Below are positions 62,942 through 64,000 of a DNA stretch of 64,000 nt, piece by piece (within the stretch, counting starts at the first letter, position 1; each line of letters opens with the position of its first letter). The DNA is from Acidobacteriota bacterium (GTDB lineage Bacteria > Acidobacteriota > UBA6911 > RPQK01 > JADFOI01): contig OY760074.1 in NCBI GenBank assembly GCA_963663035.1, positions 1,920,001 to 1,984,000 of the forward strand, in the 5' to 3' direction. Below the pieces are notes generated by a model. The model ran no database searches. It was not told the origin of the DNA and saw only the letters and a program-made list of their open reading frames with translations. A program made the translations under genes and the position numbers.

Positions 62942-63719
62942 CCAATTTTTCTCGGACTCTTTAGCTCTGGCAGCGGCACAAGCTGTCCTGGTCATTCTGC
63001 TATCCGTGGGAGTGGTCTTGGCTGCACGTCGACATTCGATCCACCTGGGAACCGAAGTTGCGATTTCCTTGACCAGAGGCCTTGTCCAAATCGTCACCGT
63101 GGGCTCAGTGCTGGTTCTGCTCCTTCAAGGTCCAGACTGGACAAGTGTTTTAGTCCTCGTGGCCATGGTGTTCAGCGCAGCTGCTATTTCGGCCCGGCGG
63201 TCCCAAGGCTTGGCTGATGCATTTCGCGTCTCCCTGTGGAGTATCGGGTTTGGTGCGGGGATGGTTATTCTACTGATGACCTGGGCCGGAGTCATCCAGA
63301 CATCCATTACCACCCTGGTTCCAATCGGAAGCATGATCATAGCCAACGCCATGAACAGTAATGCCCTCGCTTTGGACCGATTCCGCGCCGAGGTGCAATC
63401 GCACACCGGACAAGTTGAAGCGGGACTTGCTCTGGGAGCTGATCCCGGAAAAGTCGTGCTGCCCTATGCCCAGGCCGCCGTCCGGGCAAGCCTGATTCCC
63501 CGCATAGATGCGCTGCGCTCCCTTGGTATTGTGTGGATCCCGGGTGTTATGGCAGGAATGCTCCTGCAAGGCGCCGATCCCGTCTACGCCGCTGTCTATC
63601 AGTTCGTGGTGATCGCGATGATCTTTTCTTCCTCCGGGCTGACGACTCTCGCCAGTACCCTGCTCATCCGAGGTCGCGTCTTCTCCCCAGCACAACAGTT
63701 GATCTTACGATCCGACTGA
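62934..63719 (+). CDS. ABC permease UPF0014 (FetB/YbbM-like)
   Basis: RGLVQ, PIGSMIIANAM, LALGA, GIVWIPGVMAG, AVYQ. Confidence 0.9.
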   Translation: MLNQFFSDSLALAAAQAVLVILLSVGVVLAARRHSIHLGTEVAISLTRGLVQIVTVGSVLVLLLQGPDWTSVLVLVAMVFSAAAISARRSQGLADAFRVSLWSIGFGAGMVILLMTWAGVIQTSITTLVPIGSMIIANAMNSNALALDRFRAEVQSHTGQVEAGLALGADPGKVVLPYAQAAVRASLIPRIDALRSLGIVWIPGVMAGMLLQGADPVYAAVYQFVVIAMIFSSSGLTTLASTLLIRGRVFSPAQQLILRSD

Positions 63720-64000
63720 GGCTGAGGCTGAGGCTGAGGCTGCGGAAATCAACCTCTCATTGGCCAGTATCAGCCCCGGAGTCTCCACCAGCCAACCCTC
63801 CATATGCTCCTTCTCAAATTCTTGCTCCAGCTTTCTGAGAACCCGTCCCAAGTTGGGAGGCCTCCAGCGGAGCCGATGGCCGTCCGAGGCAATAGCATCC
63901 ACCAGGCCTTCTGTGAGCAGTCTCCGCACACATCTCTTTGCGCGCGATCCCGAGCCCCCCATGAAACTGTCTGCATTCACCTGGACCACACATCCCATCT
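63705..64000 (-). CDS. CpsB/CapC-type PHP tyrosine phosphatase, C-terminal part (start beyond window)
   Basis: GC.VQVNADS..G, IASDGH...RPP. Confidence 0.82.
   Translation of the reverse strand, partial: MGCVVQVNADSFMGGSGSRAKRCVRRLLTEGLVDAIASDGHRLRWRPPNLGRVLRKLEQEFEKEHMEGWLVETPGLILANERLISAASASASASVGS

Noticed and set aside
63716-63742. (CTGAGG)n hexamer repeat
   Set aside because: Short; encodes a Ser-Ala tail at a convergent gene overlap; no further evidence of function.

Overview
Bacterial chromosomal segment, probably Acidobacteriota (inferred from an Acidobacteria-type VWA protein, a membrane HD-GYP/GAF/GGDEF protein and gene order). Most of it is housekeeping: purL-F-M-N, rluD-lgt, an EF-G2, topA-dprA, mqnA, a NamZ-CYTH-MurU-AmgK peptidoglycan-recycling cluster, asnS, folD, secA, guaB, trpEGDCFBA followed by chorismate mutase and DAHP synthase, and tig-clpP-clpX-lon-engB-rho, plus tRNA-Ile(GAT) and tRNA-Lys(CTT). 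An accessory region follows tRNA-Ile (~4.97-13.4 kb) with IS481, IS3 and several orphan genes. The best leads are below the ORF-track size cut-off. (1) A 9-aa micro-ORF with a strong RBS (MKFVVYWGD*) ends in the same WGD motif as the tandem C-terminal SILWGD repeats of the upstream S8 peptidase, and lies just before a multi-TM HD-GYP/GAF/GGDEF protein; this is a candidate peptide-signalling module. (2) Two attenuators lie in series in one aromatic operon, the internal one with a FYFFYWW leader that could sense Phe, Tyr and Trp. Also present are a TA-flanked MITE pair, REP/REPIN-like palindromes, three families of heptamer repeats at gene ends, two frameshifted genes and an unusual cyclase-TPR-HD-GYP fusion. 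All calls come from reading the sequence; no searches were run.
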